Positions 38,017-46,957 of a DNA stretch of 46,957 nucleotides are shown one piece after another. Every line of letters begins with the position of its first letter. Position 1 is the first letter of the stretch. The translations under genes were made by a program, and so were the position numbers. Location: positions 34,263 to 81,219 of the forward strand of contig CAZGNC010000001.1 in assembly GCA_964527235.1 (NCBI GenBank), read 5' to 3'. The notes under the pieces are model-generated. The model did no database searches and was not told the DNA's origin. It saw only the letters and a program-made list of their open reading frames with translations. The stretch comes from an uncultured Candidatus Saccharibacteria bacterium (GTDB taxonomy: Bacteria; Patescibacteriota; Minisyncoccia; Phycocordibacterales; UBA9973).

Positions 38017-38823
38017 TTACTTAAGCAAGATCTCAACCATTTGATTGAGTATCTCGATAGGCATTGCTCCGTTTAGGCCCATTATGTTTTTGTTTTTTGA
38101 GTTAAAGGATAGATACTCAGGTTTTGGGCTGATTTTTAGTAGTTCTGCTTGTTTCTTGCTTGTGATTTCCTTGGTAGTAAGTATGACACTATACGGTGTA
38201 CCACTAGCTCCGGCGTTACTACCATCTCTCATGTCAGCTTCTATCTTGTCTTTGAATTTTCCACTAGCTAAACAGGTGTTAAATGCTGTAAGGTCTAGGC
38301 CGATATCCTGTGCGATCTTAGGAAGTTCGTTTACATCAAGTTTATTATTGGATTCTGTTCTAGTGAAAACTTCATCAATGTATTTCCAGAATGCATTATT
38401 GCCACCTTGTTCCCAGGCACATTCTGTCGCTTCAGCTTCATGGAATGCTTTAGGGTGTAGTTGGGGAATTGGGTAGTGTCTATAAACCCAGGCTATGTCT
38501 TTATTTCCCTCCACGAGATTCTGCATTGTGTTATGGAACACCTTACAGAAAGGGCATTCAGTATCTGAGTATTCTATAAATGTTATTTTTGCTTGAGCAG
38601 TACCTAAGAAATGCTCTTCCGTAGAAGCAGGTCTTGGGTCGATGCTGACTTCACGAACGTCAGGGTTTTTGACTGTGGGTGCTCCTGTTACCCCGCTGTC
38701 TTTGATTAATATTGCTCCAGCTATAAGTAGCCCAGCTAATACTATTGCGCTAGCTATTTGTTTTTGGCTGTTTGGGTTAGTGTTGGTGCTTTTTACCTCA
38801 GTTTCTATCTTAGTTTCGTCCAT
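38017..38823 (-). CDS. DsbA/thioredoxin-fold disulfide oxidoreductase, membrane-anchored
   Basis: EYSDTECPFCK, VYRHYPI..LHP, EATECA, GTP cis-Pro motif. Confidence 0.9.
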   Translation of the reverse strand: MDETKIETEVKSTNTNPNSQKQIASAIVLAGLLIAGAILIKDSGVTGAPTVKNPDVREVSIDPRPASTEEHFLGTAQAKITFIEYSDTECPFCKVFHNTMQNLVEGNKDIAWVYRHYPIPQLHPKAFHEAEATECAWEQGGNNAFWKYIDEVFTRTESNNKLDVNELPKIAQDIGLDLTAFNTCLASGKFKDKIEADMRDGSNAGASGTPYSVILTTKEITSKKQAELLKISPKPEYLSFNSKNKNIMGLNGAMPIEILNQMVEILLK

Positions 38824-38977
38824 ATTTTTGATTTTTTACCTATTAATATTCTCATTGTAACATTTAAAATAGATATGGTATACTAGGCTTAAACCTGGTC
38901 TAATGGGGTCGCTATTTGGTCAGGATCTTTATAAACTAATAAATCTTGCTTTTGTAAGGTTGAATATACGTCATATT

Positions 38978-39283
38978 ATGTATAATGGTTCAAAATGTTG
39001 TTGTGGTAGTGGTTGCGTATTGAGCATGACCGCTAAGACTTTGTTAATAGTTGGTGGTCTTAACTGGGGTCTAGTTGGGGCTTCTATGCTTCTAGGTAGT
39101 GCAACTTCTTGGAATTTAGTAAAAATGATTTTTGGCTCCATGCCAGTAGTTGAGGGAGTTGTTTATGTGCTCGTTGGAGTTTCTGCCCTTGTTTCTATAT
39201 TTGGATGCAGGTGTGCAAAGTGTAAAAGTGGTGTTTGTGAGACCTGCGCTGGTGGAGAGAAATCAGCCGAGGCGAAAATGTAA
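38978..39283 (+). CDS. DUF378-like small membrane protein with Cys-rich termini
   Basis: LLIVGGLNWGLVG..WNLV..IFG..VYVLVGVSAL; ATG 38978 preferred. Confidence 0.75.
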   Translation: MYNGSKCCCGSGCVLSMTAKTLLIVGGLNWGLVGASMLLGSATSWNLVKMIFGSMPVVEGVVYVLVGVSALVSIFGCRCAKCKSGVCETCAGGEKSAEAKM

Positions 39284-39289
39284 ATAATC

Positions 39290-40534
39290 ATGCTTTCGAT
39301 TTCTGGCGCAATATTCTATATATTGATTTTTCTAGCTGTTTACATACAGGTCTTTTTCCTTGTAACTTTTTTAGAAAATCGTAAGAAAATATTTACCAGA
39401 GATGATGCATTTAAACTTTCACGATACCCAGCGGTAACCATCGTTGTTCCTTGTTGGAATGAAGAGAGGACTGTGTACAAGACTATTCGTTCAATACTCA
39501 ACTTAAATTATCCTAAAGATAAAATAAAAGTTTTTCTGATAGACGATGGTTCCACTGATGGTACTTGGAATGTTCTAAAGAAGTTCGATAAACACAACAA
39601 CATCACCATCTTTAAGAAAGAAAACGGAGGTAAACATACAGCACTAAATTTGGGCCTCGAGAAAGCTGGTACTGATTTCTTGGCATGCTTAGACGCGGAC
39701 TCCTTTGTAGACTCTGAGGCATTGGTTCGTATCATGAGTTATTTCGAGAAAGATCCCTCTATAATGGCGGTTACTCCGTCCTTGGTTGTGAATAATCCAT
39801 CTACATTGGTGCAGAATGCACAGAATGTTGAGTATCATATATCTGTTTTTGCAAAAAGAATGCTAGCCTTTCTGGGAGCAATTCATGTTACCCCAGGACC
39901 ATTTACTGTTTTTAAAACCGAAGTCTTTAAAAAGATTGGTCCGTATCATTACGCTCATAATACTGAAGATATGGAGATAGCTTACAGAATGCAGAAAAAC
40001 CACCTCAAGATAGATTACTGCAATGATGCATATGTCTACACAAATACGCCACCTACCGTAAAGAAGCTCTACAAGCAAAGACTTCGCTGGATATATGGCT
40101 TCATAAATAACACCATAGACTACCGTGACGTTTTATTTAGAAGAAAATATGGTAATTTCTCTATGTTTACTGTGCCTGCAGGTATCGTGTCTTTGTTCAC
40201 AGTGAGTTTCTTGGTGGGTAGACTGATATATAATTTTGTTGATTTCGTTTTATATAAAATTACGCAATACAATACAGTTGGTTTTGATTTATCTATTAAT
40301 ACCAAACTTCCGGATTTATTTTTCATAAATACTGATCCATTTATTTTCGTTACTTTATTTATTTATTTTTTAGTTATTTTGTCTATAGTTTTAGGTCGCA
40401 GAATGATAGAAGGCAAATGGGGTCTGTCATGGAGCACGGTGTATTTCTTTGTGGTCTTTAGTGTGGTGGCGCCATTTTGGCTTATGAAAGCAATTTATAA
40501 TACGATTATTTCGCAGAAACCTGCTTGGAGATAG
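39290..40534 (+). CDS. Processive GT2 glycosyltransferase (PgaC/IcaA, cellulose-synthase-like)
   Basis: VPCWNEE, DDGSTD, GGKHTALN, LDADS, TEDME, QRLRW; several TM helices. Confidence 0.9.
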   Translation: MLSISGAIFYILIFLAVYIQVFFLVTFLENRKKIFTRDDAFKLSRYPAVTIVVPCWNEERTVYKTIRSILNLNYPKDKIKVFLIDDGSTDGTWNVLKKFDKHNNITIFKKENGGKHTALNLGLEKAGTDFLACLDADSFVDSEALVRIMSYFEKDPSIMAVTPSLVVNNPSTLVQNAQNVEYHISVFAKRMLAFLGAIHVTPGPFTVFKTEVFKKIGPYHYAHNTEDMEIAYRMQKNHLKIDYCNDAYVYTNTPPTVKKLYKQRLRWIYGFINNTIDYRDVLFRRKYGNFSMFTVPAGIVSLFTVSFLVGRLIYNFVDFVLYKITQYNTVGFDLSINTKLPDLFFINTDPFIFVTLFIYFLVILSIVLGRRMIEGKWGLSWSTVYFFVVFSVVAPFWLMKAIYNTIISQKPAWR

Positions 40535-40536
40535 AT

Positions 40537-41220
40537 ATGAATAATAATTTTGATTGGAAAAAATATGTGGTGGTTTTTTTTATTACTTTAGGCCTTTTTC
40601 TGGTTGCAAGTTATTTGAGTAATTATTTTAGTGAGAAGAAGATAAACCAGCTAAAGTTGATTCAAGACGATGTGGCTATAAATATTTTGTCTTCAGAAAC
40701 TCAGTTTTCTTTACTTCAAGATCTTTCTTGTAAGACTCTGTCTGACTCAGTCTTCTCAGCGGAGCTTGAAGAATTAGGTAGTAAGCTCGAATGGGGGCAG
40801 GAGAATTTAGGCTCAACTCAAGAGGTGCAATACTTAAAGAAGTACTATTCTCTTCTTCAGATTAAAGACTATCTACTTATGAAGAAGATTTCAGAACGTT
40901 GCAAGGTGAAATCAGCATTTATCCTGTATTTCTATACTACTGCGGAAAACTGTAGTGAGTGCGAGAGGCAGGGGTTAGTGCTGTCAGCTTTGCGTGAAAA
41001 ATACCCAGAATTGAGAGTATATTCTTTTGATTTCAGCACAGACCTCTCTGCGGTTAAAGCTATGCTAAATATATATAAAATAGAAGATACCAAGCTACCT
41101 GCACTGGTAATTGATGATAACCTGTCTACAGGTTTTTACTCTATTGAAGACCTAGAGGCACGTATTAAAGATTCTTTCAAGATTCAAGAAGTTAAAACAC
41201 TAAATAAAAAACCTCAATAA
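40537..41220 (+). CDS. Membrane-anchored conserved hypothetical protein with a C-terminal thioredoxin-like CxxC domain
   Basis: N-terminal TM helix; LYFYT..CSEC..QGLVL..LRVYSFD..LPALVI. Confidence 0.7.
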   Translation: MNNNFDWKKYVVVFFITLGLFLVASYLSNYFSEKKINQLKLIQDDVAINILSSETQFSLLQDLSCKTLSDSVFSAELEELGSKLEWGQENLGSTQEVQYLKKYYSLLQIKDYLLMKKISERCKVKSAFILYFYTTAENCSECERQGLVLSALREKYPELRVYSFDFSTDLSAVKAMLNIYKIEDTKLPALVIDDNLSTGFYSIEDLEARIKDSFKIQEVKTLNKKPQ

Positions 41221-41342
41221 CCTAGGTTTTTCTGGTTTTTAGTTTTCCCCATAATTACTTACCCTTAAAAAGGGGAAATGCTACAATTTCCTTTAGAGAC
41301 TTCTATGTTATTTAGTCGTTAATTATTATTAATATTTTATCA

Positions 41343-44300
41343 ATGCAAACAACACCAATGAATTTTAAAAATGGAGTTACGATCGCTGTTTTACTTTTAA
41401 TAATTTTCTTCTCAGTAGGGAAGATTAGTAAGCAAGTCCAGACCTTGGTAGGTTCTGGTAATAATTTAGCGCAGGTTACTACTGCGCCTACAGCCCCGAC
41501 AGGCTTAACTGCCGTACCTGGGGAATGTGGAGGCAAGGTAAATGCGTCCTGGAATGCTGTTTCAGGGGCAACATATTATGAACTAGTTCGATGGCCAGGC
41601 GGTGTAGCTCTTAGGTCTGAACGAACAACATATACAGATACTGCTCCTGCGGTTAGTACTAGGTATGAGTATCAAGTTCGTGCTGTTAACAGTGCTGGTT
41701 CTTCAGCTCTTCCTGCTAACAGTGTAGCTGTTGTTACTTCTGCGGCGTGTGTGGCCGGCCCAACCCCTACAGTCACTCTGTCGGCTTCTTCTGCATCAAT
41801 CACCTCTGGATCATCATCCACTCTAACCTGGTCTTCTACTAACGCAACATCATGTACAGCAAGTGGCGCATGGTCAGGTACACAGGCAACTTCAGGCACA
41901 CAAGCAGTTAGCCCAACCTCAACATCAACTTATACTTTGAGTTGTACCGGAGCAAGTGGAAGCGCTAGTGGATCTACCACAGTGTCTGTATCTGCTCCAA
42001 CAGCTTCTGCCCCAACTCTTTCTCTCTCTGCTTCACCAACATCAGTAACTTCTGGAGGATCCGCGACTATTTCTTGGAGTGCAACAAATGCTAGATCTTG
42101 TACTGCTTCTGGCGGGTGGAGTGGCACAAATGGCACTTCAGGTTCACAATCAGTAACTCCTTCTACAACCAAAACATACACATTAGACTGTACTGGTGAA
42201 GGCGGAACAGTTTCTAAGTCTGTAACAGTTACAGTTACTACTCCTACGACTACAACACCTAAATTTCAAACAGGGGATTATGTAAAGACTACTGCTGGAG
42301 TAAATGTACGATCTACAGCTGGCGGTTCTATCGCTGGTAAACAGTCTACTGGTGTTGCGGGCACTGTGATTAGTGGCCCTGGTCAGTCTACAAAGAGCGC
42401 TGACCCATATTGGAACGTTGATTTTGCTACTGGAACTGATGGATGGGTTTTGGAAAATTACCTTACCAAGACAGCAACAGCTCCAGCCCCAGTTCCTCCA
42501 GCCACCCCAGCTCCAACGCTTACTCTTTCTGCTTCTCCTGCAACTCTAACTTCAGGTTCTTCTTCTACACTAACTTGGTCTTCAACTAACGCAACTGGCT
42601 GTACTGCAACCGGTGGCTGGTCTGGTGCTAAAGTTACTGGCAGTTCAGAAGCCGTAACTCCATCTGTTACAACAACTTATACTCTAGGTTGTACTGGAGC
42701 GGGTGGCTCTGTTAGTAAATCTGTGACAGTCACGGTTAGCACTCCAGCTCCTTCTACCACATACAAAGTAGGTGACTCTGTGGCTACTACAACTTCTGTA
42801 AATGTTCGCGATTCAGCAAACGGACTTTTGCTTGGTACAAAGAACTCAGGTGATGTCGGTGTTGTCCTTAGTGGAGGTACATATGCTGGTGGTTATCATT
42901 GGTGGAATGTGGACTATCTAAATGCACCAGACGGATGGACTGCAGAAAGTTTCCTTACTACATATACTCCACCTTCAACTCCACCTACAGTTTCTATTTC
43001 TGCTTCCCCATCTTCAATCACCAAAGGCTCTTCTGCAACATTAACTTGGTCTTCCACTAATGCAACGTCATGTACTGGAAGTGGTGCATGGTCTGGAGCT
43101 CAAGCAGTAAGTGGCACTAAGACAGTTTCTCCAACGGTGAATGCTACATACACACTTGCATGTACAGGAACTGGAGGGACTACAACACAGTCTGTAACAG
43201 TAACTGTTAATGCTGTGATTACTCCTCCACCCGCACCAAGTAATGGTGTCTCTTTAACTCCTACTAAATTATTGCCTGCATATGGTCCATTGGTAGCAAG
43301 TTCCTCTTCTACAATCCCTGAGCTGAAGAAGCTTGAGTCAAATTTCTTGAAGTATGAACAAAAGCATTATACTGATTACACAGCTCTAACTGGCGTGCCT
43401 TCAGTTTCTTATAACCACTACGGATTTTTAGGTAGTAGATTGGCATACTCAATTAAAAATGGTTTACCTTACGGCTCAGGCGTCACTGATCCTACCAAGG
43501 ATATGTATGCAAGAGGACGTGAAGTTGCTATAGACTGGCTAGTTGACTACTCAGCTGCGAACAACTATGGAGTTGCGCAGTGGTGGGACACTTCGCTGGA
43601 AGATATGGAAGCCATGGTTGTACTCGAAAATAACCCTACTGCCCGAACTCACATACACATGGATGCAGCCAGAGGTACTGGCAACAGTACTTACATGAAG
43701 ATGCAAGCATCTGCTGCGGACCCACGTGGTATAACTATATTCCTACAGCCTATGCTGATTGCTCATCGTCTAGGAATTCCTTTCGCACATCCTGGAAACG
43801 GTTACTCCGCATATTTCGATTCTACGCTTGGTAGTTGGGCAAACGCAGCAAAAAGAAATATATACTGGCTTGATCAATACAACGTAATTCAATCAGATGG
43901 TACTATCATAAGTAAGGCACACGGAGGAGCAGAGGCGTTCTTCATGAATGCTATGCTAGTCGATCAACTGCTGGGATACTATGCATATATAGAAAGAGAC
44001 CCTGTCGTGTTTAACATGGCTCAGAGAGTTGTTGATCATTGGATTAATTTCTTACCTGCTGGCTGGAACACTCTGCCTTACCAGAGTAAGACCACCTCTA
44101 CCGGCTCTGGAACATCTCAAGCTCCAGACTTAGCAAACTTCTATGTATACCCAAGTTTGGTAATGTGGCAGGAGACAGGACAACAGAAGTACTACGATTT
44201 CGCTGTTAAGAACTTAGTATCCGCTGGTACTGCGTATATCTCAGGACACAAGCAATTCAATCAGATATACAATACTGACGTGTTTGCTGCGGATGCACTG

Positions 44301-44603
44301 ATTAATGGTGTATCTTGGAAGCCAGCTAAACCTCTTTTCCCACCAGCAAATCAAACAACTCTTGCTTTTGTACCTTCCACTGCTCCTGCGGGACAGTCTG
44401 CTACCATTACAAATGGACAGTCTCTAGATCTTACTTGGTCTACAATAAATGCTACTTCTTGTACAGCAAGTGGTGCATGGACTGGGTCTAAGGGAACTTC
44501 TGGAATACTAAGTATTACCCCTACAGTTACAAGCACTTATACCCTAAGTTGTTCTGGAACATATGGTACAACGACACAGTCTGTAAAAGTTACAGTTAAA
44601 TAG
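41343..44603 (+). CDS. Large secreted modular surface protein: FN3-like domain, 5 Ig-like repeats, 2 SH3b-like domains, helical putative catalytic domain
   Basis: N-terminal hydrophobic helix; repeats LSAS..ITSGSSSTLTWSSTNATSCTASGAWSG..YTLSCTG; two VNVR..G.V..G..WNVD..DGW segments; aromatic-rich helical region of about 370 aa. Confidence 0.8.
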   Translation: MQTTPMNFKNGVTIAVLLLIIFFSVGKISKQVQTLVGSGNNLAQVTTAPTAPTGLTAVPGECGGKVNASWNAVSGATYYELVRWPGGVALRSERTTYTDTAPAVSTRYEYQVRAVNSAGSSALPANSVAVVTSAACVAGPTPTVTLSASSASITSGSSSTLTWSSTNATSCTASGAWSGTQATSGTQAVSPTSTSTYTLSCTGASGSASGSTTVSVSAPTASAPTLSLSASPTSVTSGGSATISWSATNARSCTASGGWSGTNGTSGSQSVTPSTTKTYTLDCTGEGGTVSKSVTVTVTTPTTTTPKFQTGDYVKTTAGVNVRSTAGGSIAGKQSTGVAGTVISGPGQSTKSADPYWNVDFATGTDGWVLENYLTKTATAPAPVPPATPAPTLTLSASPATLTSGSSSTLTWSSTNATGCTATGGWSGAKVTGSSEAVTPSVTTTYTLGCTGAGGSVSKSVTVTVSTPAPSTTYKVGDSVATTTSVNVRDSANGLLLGTKNSGDVGVVLSGGTYAGGYHWWNVDYLNAPDGWTAESFLTTYTPPSTPPTVSISASPSSITKGSSATLTWSSTNATSCTGSGAWSGAQAVSGTKTVSPTVNATYTLACTGTGGTTTQSVTVTVNAVITPPPAPSNGVSLTPTKLLPAYGPLVASSSSTIPELKKLESNFLKYEQKHYTDYTALTGVPSVSYNHYGFLGSRLAYSIKNGLPYGSGVTDPTKDMYARGREVAIDWLVDYSAANNYGVAQWWDTSLEDMEAMVVLENNPTARTHIHMDAARGTGNSTYMKMQASAADPRGITIFLQPMLIAHRLGIPFAHPGNGYSAYFDSTLGSWANAAKRNIYWLDQYNVIQSDGTIISKAHGGAEAFFMNAMLVDQLLGYYAYIERDPVVFNMAQRVVDHWINFLPAGWNTLPYQSKTTSTGSGTSQAPDLANFYVYPSLVMWQETGQQKYYDFAVKNLVSAGTAYISGHKQFNQIYNTDVFAADALINGVSWKPAKPLFPPANQTTLAFVPSTAPAGQSATITNGQSLDLTWSTINATSCTASGAWTGSKGTSGILSITPTVTSTYTLSCSGTYGTTTQSVKVTVK

Positions 44604-44620
44604 ATAAAGTTAACAGATAG

Positions 44621-44663
44621 TCAAACATAAAACCCACTCATTATGAGTGGGTTTTATGTTTGA
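44621..44663. terminator. Bidirectional terminator
   Basis: Perfect 20-bp inverted repeat TCAAACATAAAACCCACTCA-TTA-TGAGTGGGTTTTATGTTTGA between convergent transcripts. Confidence 0.85.
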
Positions 44664-44679
44664 GGCTATGACTTTCGGG

Positions 44680-44752
44680 AGCCACCTCTCGGATTCGAAC
44701 CGAGGACCTTCGCTTTACAAAAGCGTTGCTCTACCAACTGAGCTAAGGTGGC
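44680..44752 (-). tRNA. tRNA-Thr(TGT), CCA not encoded
   Basis: GCCACCT/AGGTGGC acceptor stem, D arm GCTC/GAGC, anticodon loop TTTGTAA, T arm CTCGG-TTCGAAT-CCGAG. Confidence 0.95.
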
Positions 44753-44757
44753 AATAT

Positions 44758-45171
44758 TTAATTTCCTAACTCTTCCTCAATAATCTTGTGCTTTATACTT
44801 CTAACCTTGTGTTTGTATTCTGATACCATCTTAAGGAAACCAGATACTTCACGCTTTTCGAAACTTTCTTCAAGGCCCAACCTCTTGTTTTTTCGTAGCA
44901 TCTTTATGATACCTGATTTTGCCGATTCAAATTTTTGCTTTGAGAACAAGCTGATTTTTACATAGATCTTTATTACTATAACCAAAGCAATAAATCCATA
45001 TCTTCGCAGGCCTCTTCTAGTTAATCTCTTAATCTTATTAAAATCAGGGAGACCGAGGTGAACATCATCTCTCATCTGTAGAGACCCATTTCTAGCTAGA
45101 GATACTTTGTATCCCAGCATCGATGTGATTGAAAGCAGAGATATGAAAAATAACGTTAGTATTGGGTACAT
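44758..45171 (-). CDS. Hypothetical basic membrane protein
   Basis: Closely spaced between tsf and tRNA-Thr; two hydrophobic segments; no recognised family. Confidence 0.7.
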   Translation of the reverse strand: MYPILTLFFISLLSITSMLGYKVSLARNGSLQMRDDVHLGLPDFNKIKRLTRRGLRRYGFIALVIVIKIYVKISLFSKQKFESAKSGIIKMLRKNKRLGLEESFEKREVSGFLKMVSEYKHKVRSIKHKIIEEELGN

Positions 45172-45176
45172 TGGCT

Positions 45177-45956
45177 TTATATCGAATAACGCTTGACCTC
45201 TTTTATCTTTGCACCAGCTTTCTCTAAAAGCTTACCTACGGTTTCGTCAGCATTCTTTACGAAAGGCTGTTCTAGAAGTGTCTTTTCTTTAAAGTAAGTA
45301 GAAAGTTTACCTTGTAGCATTTTCTGCTTAATTTCTTCTGGTTTGTCGATACTTGCAACTTCTTTCTGGAAGACTTCAGTCATGGTGTTCTTGATTTCCT
45401 CGTTTACATCGTTAAGAGATATGTATTCAGGTCTCATAGCAGCTGTGTGCATAGCTACGTCACGTGCAAGCTCTTTATTGCCACCTTCTAGAGATACTAT
45501 TACACCAATTTTATTATTGTGAACATAACTACCAACAACATCACCTTTTACTTCATAAACCTCACCAAGCTCGATGTTCTCCCCAGTCTTCTGGATGATA
45601 GGGTCTATAAGCTCTTTAGCACCAGTCTTCATTGCTTCTACGCCCTCTGAAGTGGCATTGTCAGCTAGTTTAGCTAATAGGGAAGTAAAGTCTTCATTTC
45701 TGGATACGAAGTCTGTCTCACAGTGTAGAGACACCAATACAGACTTGCCATCAACTTCTTTAATCATTACTGCGCCGTCTTTAGTTTCACGGTCAGCTTT
45801 CTTGAGAGCTATATCAGAGCTTGTTTTCTTTAGTATCGCTAGGGCCTTGTTCATATCGCCCTCAGCTTCTACCAAAGCTCTTCGACATTGCATAACAGAG
45901 ATACCAGTGGCATCTCTAAGTTCCTTTACCAACTCGGTTGTTATAGGTGATGACAT
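45177..45956 (-). CDS. tsf: Elongation factor Ts
   Basis: VKELRDATGISVMQCRRAL, CETDFV, YVHNNKIGV, DVAMHTAA; follows rpsB. Confidence 0.97.
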   Translation of the reverse strand: MSSPITTELVKELRDATGISVMQCRRALVEAEGDMNKALAILKKTSSDIALKKADRETKDGAVMIKEVDGKSVLVSLHCETDFVSRNEDFTSLLAKLADNATSEGVEAMKTGAKELIDPIIQKTGENIELGEVYEVKGDVVGSYVHNNKIGVIVSLEGGNKELARDVAMHTAAMRPEYISLNDVNEEIKNTMTEVFQKEVASIDKPEEIKQKMLQGKLSTYFKEKTLLEQPFVKNADETVGKLLEKAGAKIKEVKRYSI

Positions 45957-45968
45957 ATTTTTATTTAT

Positions 45969-46700
45969 TTAGTCCTGTTTTTTGCTTGGGACGGACATTT
46001 GTCCTTTTTTATAGGCAGCTACTAGAGATTCTATGAAGAATCTTACTGAAGGAATAGCTGCATCGTTTCCCAAAATAGGGAAATCTATACCTTTTATATT
46101 TGAATCTGAGTTTACAAGCGCTACAACCGGAACATCGCATTTTTTAGCTTCAGTAGCAGCGATGTGTTCTGCCTTCGGGTCTACTATTATTATAGCATCT
46201 GGAGCCTTTTTAAGGCCAACTAGACCAGAGTAGTAGATAGAAAGTTTTTCCATCTTTTTGGCCATAACACTACGTTCTTTCTTGGTGTATTTATCAAGAC
46301 CACCTACAGCACTTTCCTTGCGGTAATTTTCAAGTTCTGCGATTCTCTTCTTGATTTCTGAGTAGTTGCTCAAAGTTCCCCCTATCCATCGTTCTGTAAC
46401 GTATGGCATATTTAGGGACTCAGCTGCGTGTTTTGATACGCTTTTAGCTTCTGGTTTAGTGCCTACAAATAGAATAGTCTTATTGCGAGCTCCTAAATCA
46501 TGGATAAAGCTAGAAGCCTCTTCTAGCATAACGCTAGTCTTTTCTAGGTCTATAATGTCGGTCTTATTCTTGGTGGTGTAGATAAAAGATGAAACAGAAG
46601 GGTGTCTGCGGGTCTTAGAATACCCGTAATGAGCCCCTGCCTTGAACATTTCTTCTACTAAATTACCACTATTTCCCTTTGTTATTTCTGCTTTCTGCAT
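45969..46700 (-). CDS. rpsB: 30S ribosomal protein S2
   Basis: AGAHYG, IIDLEKT, LFVGTK, RWIGGTLSN, DP..EHIAATEA, GNDAA. Confidence 0.97.
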   Translation of the reverse strand: MQKAEITKGNSGNLVEEMFKAGAHYGYSKTRRHPSVSSFIYTTKNKTDIIDLEKTSVMLEEASSFIHDLGARNKTILFVGTKPEAKSVSKHAAESLNMPYVTERWIGGTLSNYSEIKKRIAELENYRKESAVGGLDKYTKKERSVMAKKMEKLSIYYSGLVGLKKAPDAIIIVDPKAEHIAATEAKKCDVPVVALVNSDSNIKGIDFPILGNDAAIPSVRFFIESLVAAYKKGQMSVPSKKQD

Positions 46701-46784
46701 GGGTAATATTCTAGCAGAAACTTATAGCTTTTGCAAATCTTGCCTTTCTTTGACCTATGGGCGTATTTACGTTAAGATGGACTA

Positions 46785-46957
46785 ATGAAACAATCCCAAC
46801 TTTTTACTAAAACTAAAAAAGAAGCACCAACAGACGAGGTGTCTAAGAACGCTGAGTTCTTAATCAGGGGAGGCTTTATACATAAGGAGATGGCAGGGGT
46901 CTATGACTATTTACCACTTGGTCTACGGGTGCTAAAAAAGATCGAAAATATAATTCG
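46785..46957 (+). CDS. proS: Proline-tRNA ligase, 5' part (cut by the window edge)
   Basis: MKQSQLFTKTKKEAPTDEVSKNAEFLIRGGFIHKEMAGVYDYLPLGLRVLKKIENIIR. Confidence 0.9.
   Translation, partial: MKQSQLFTKTKKEAPTDEVSKNAEFLIRGGFIHKEMAGVYDYLPLGLRVLKKIENII

Overview
Gene-dense core-genome segment from a small-genome bacterium using the standard code. It is most likely Patescibacteria/CPR (Parcubacteria-like); this is inferred from the shortened PheS, PheT, ThrS and SMC, the NusB-Nudix fusion, a pilin-like domain and the lack of Shine-Dalgarno (SD) sites on core genes. It carries translation, transcription and replication genes (truB, trhO, pheST, gyrB, thrS, rpmF, nusB, rnc, smc, rnr, rpsP, khpA, trmD, rpoBC, dnaG, rpoD, tsf, rpsB, proS start), two tRNAs without encoded CCA, two large secreted Ig-repeat surface proteins, and three small accessory inserts (proC; three orphan micro-ORFs between pheT and gyrB; one orphan secreted protein after rpoD). 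The most notable signal is a 54-55 nt structured RNA motif present twice at 12.8-13.2 kb. Each copy sits directly before an orphan micro-ORF, shows compensatory base changes, resembles the SRP Alu-domain topology and buries the SD in a stem, and the pair lies downstream of a candidate attenuator. Other points of interest: a palindromic element inside pheT, apparent leaderless promoters on many housekeeping genes versus strong SD sites on accessory genes, boxA-like sites next to hairpins together with a NusB-Nudix fusion, and an SMC with no recognisable hinge. No CRISPR array, transposase, integrase or prophage was seen. All structures and domain calls were made by eye, without searches.
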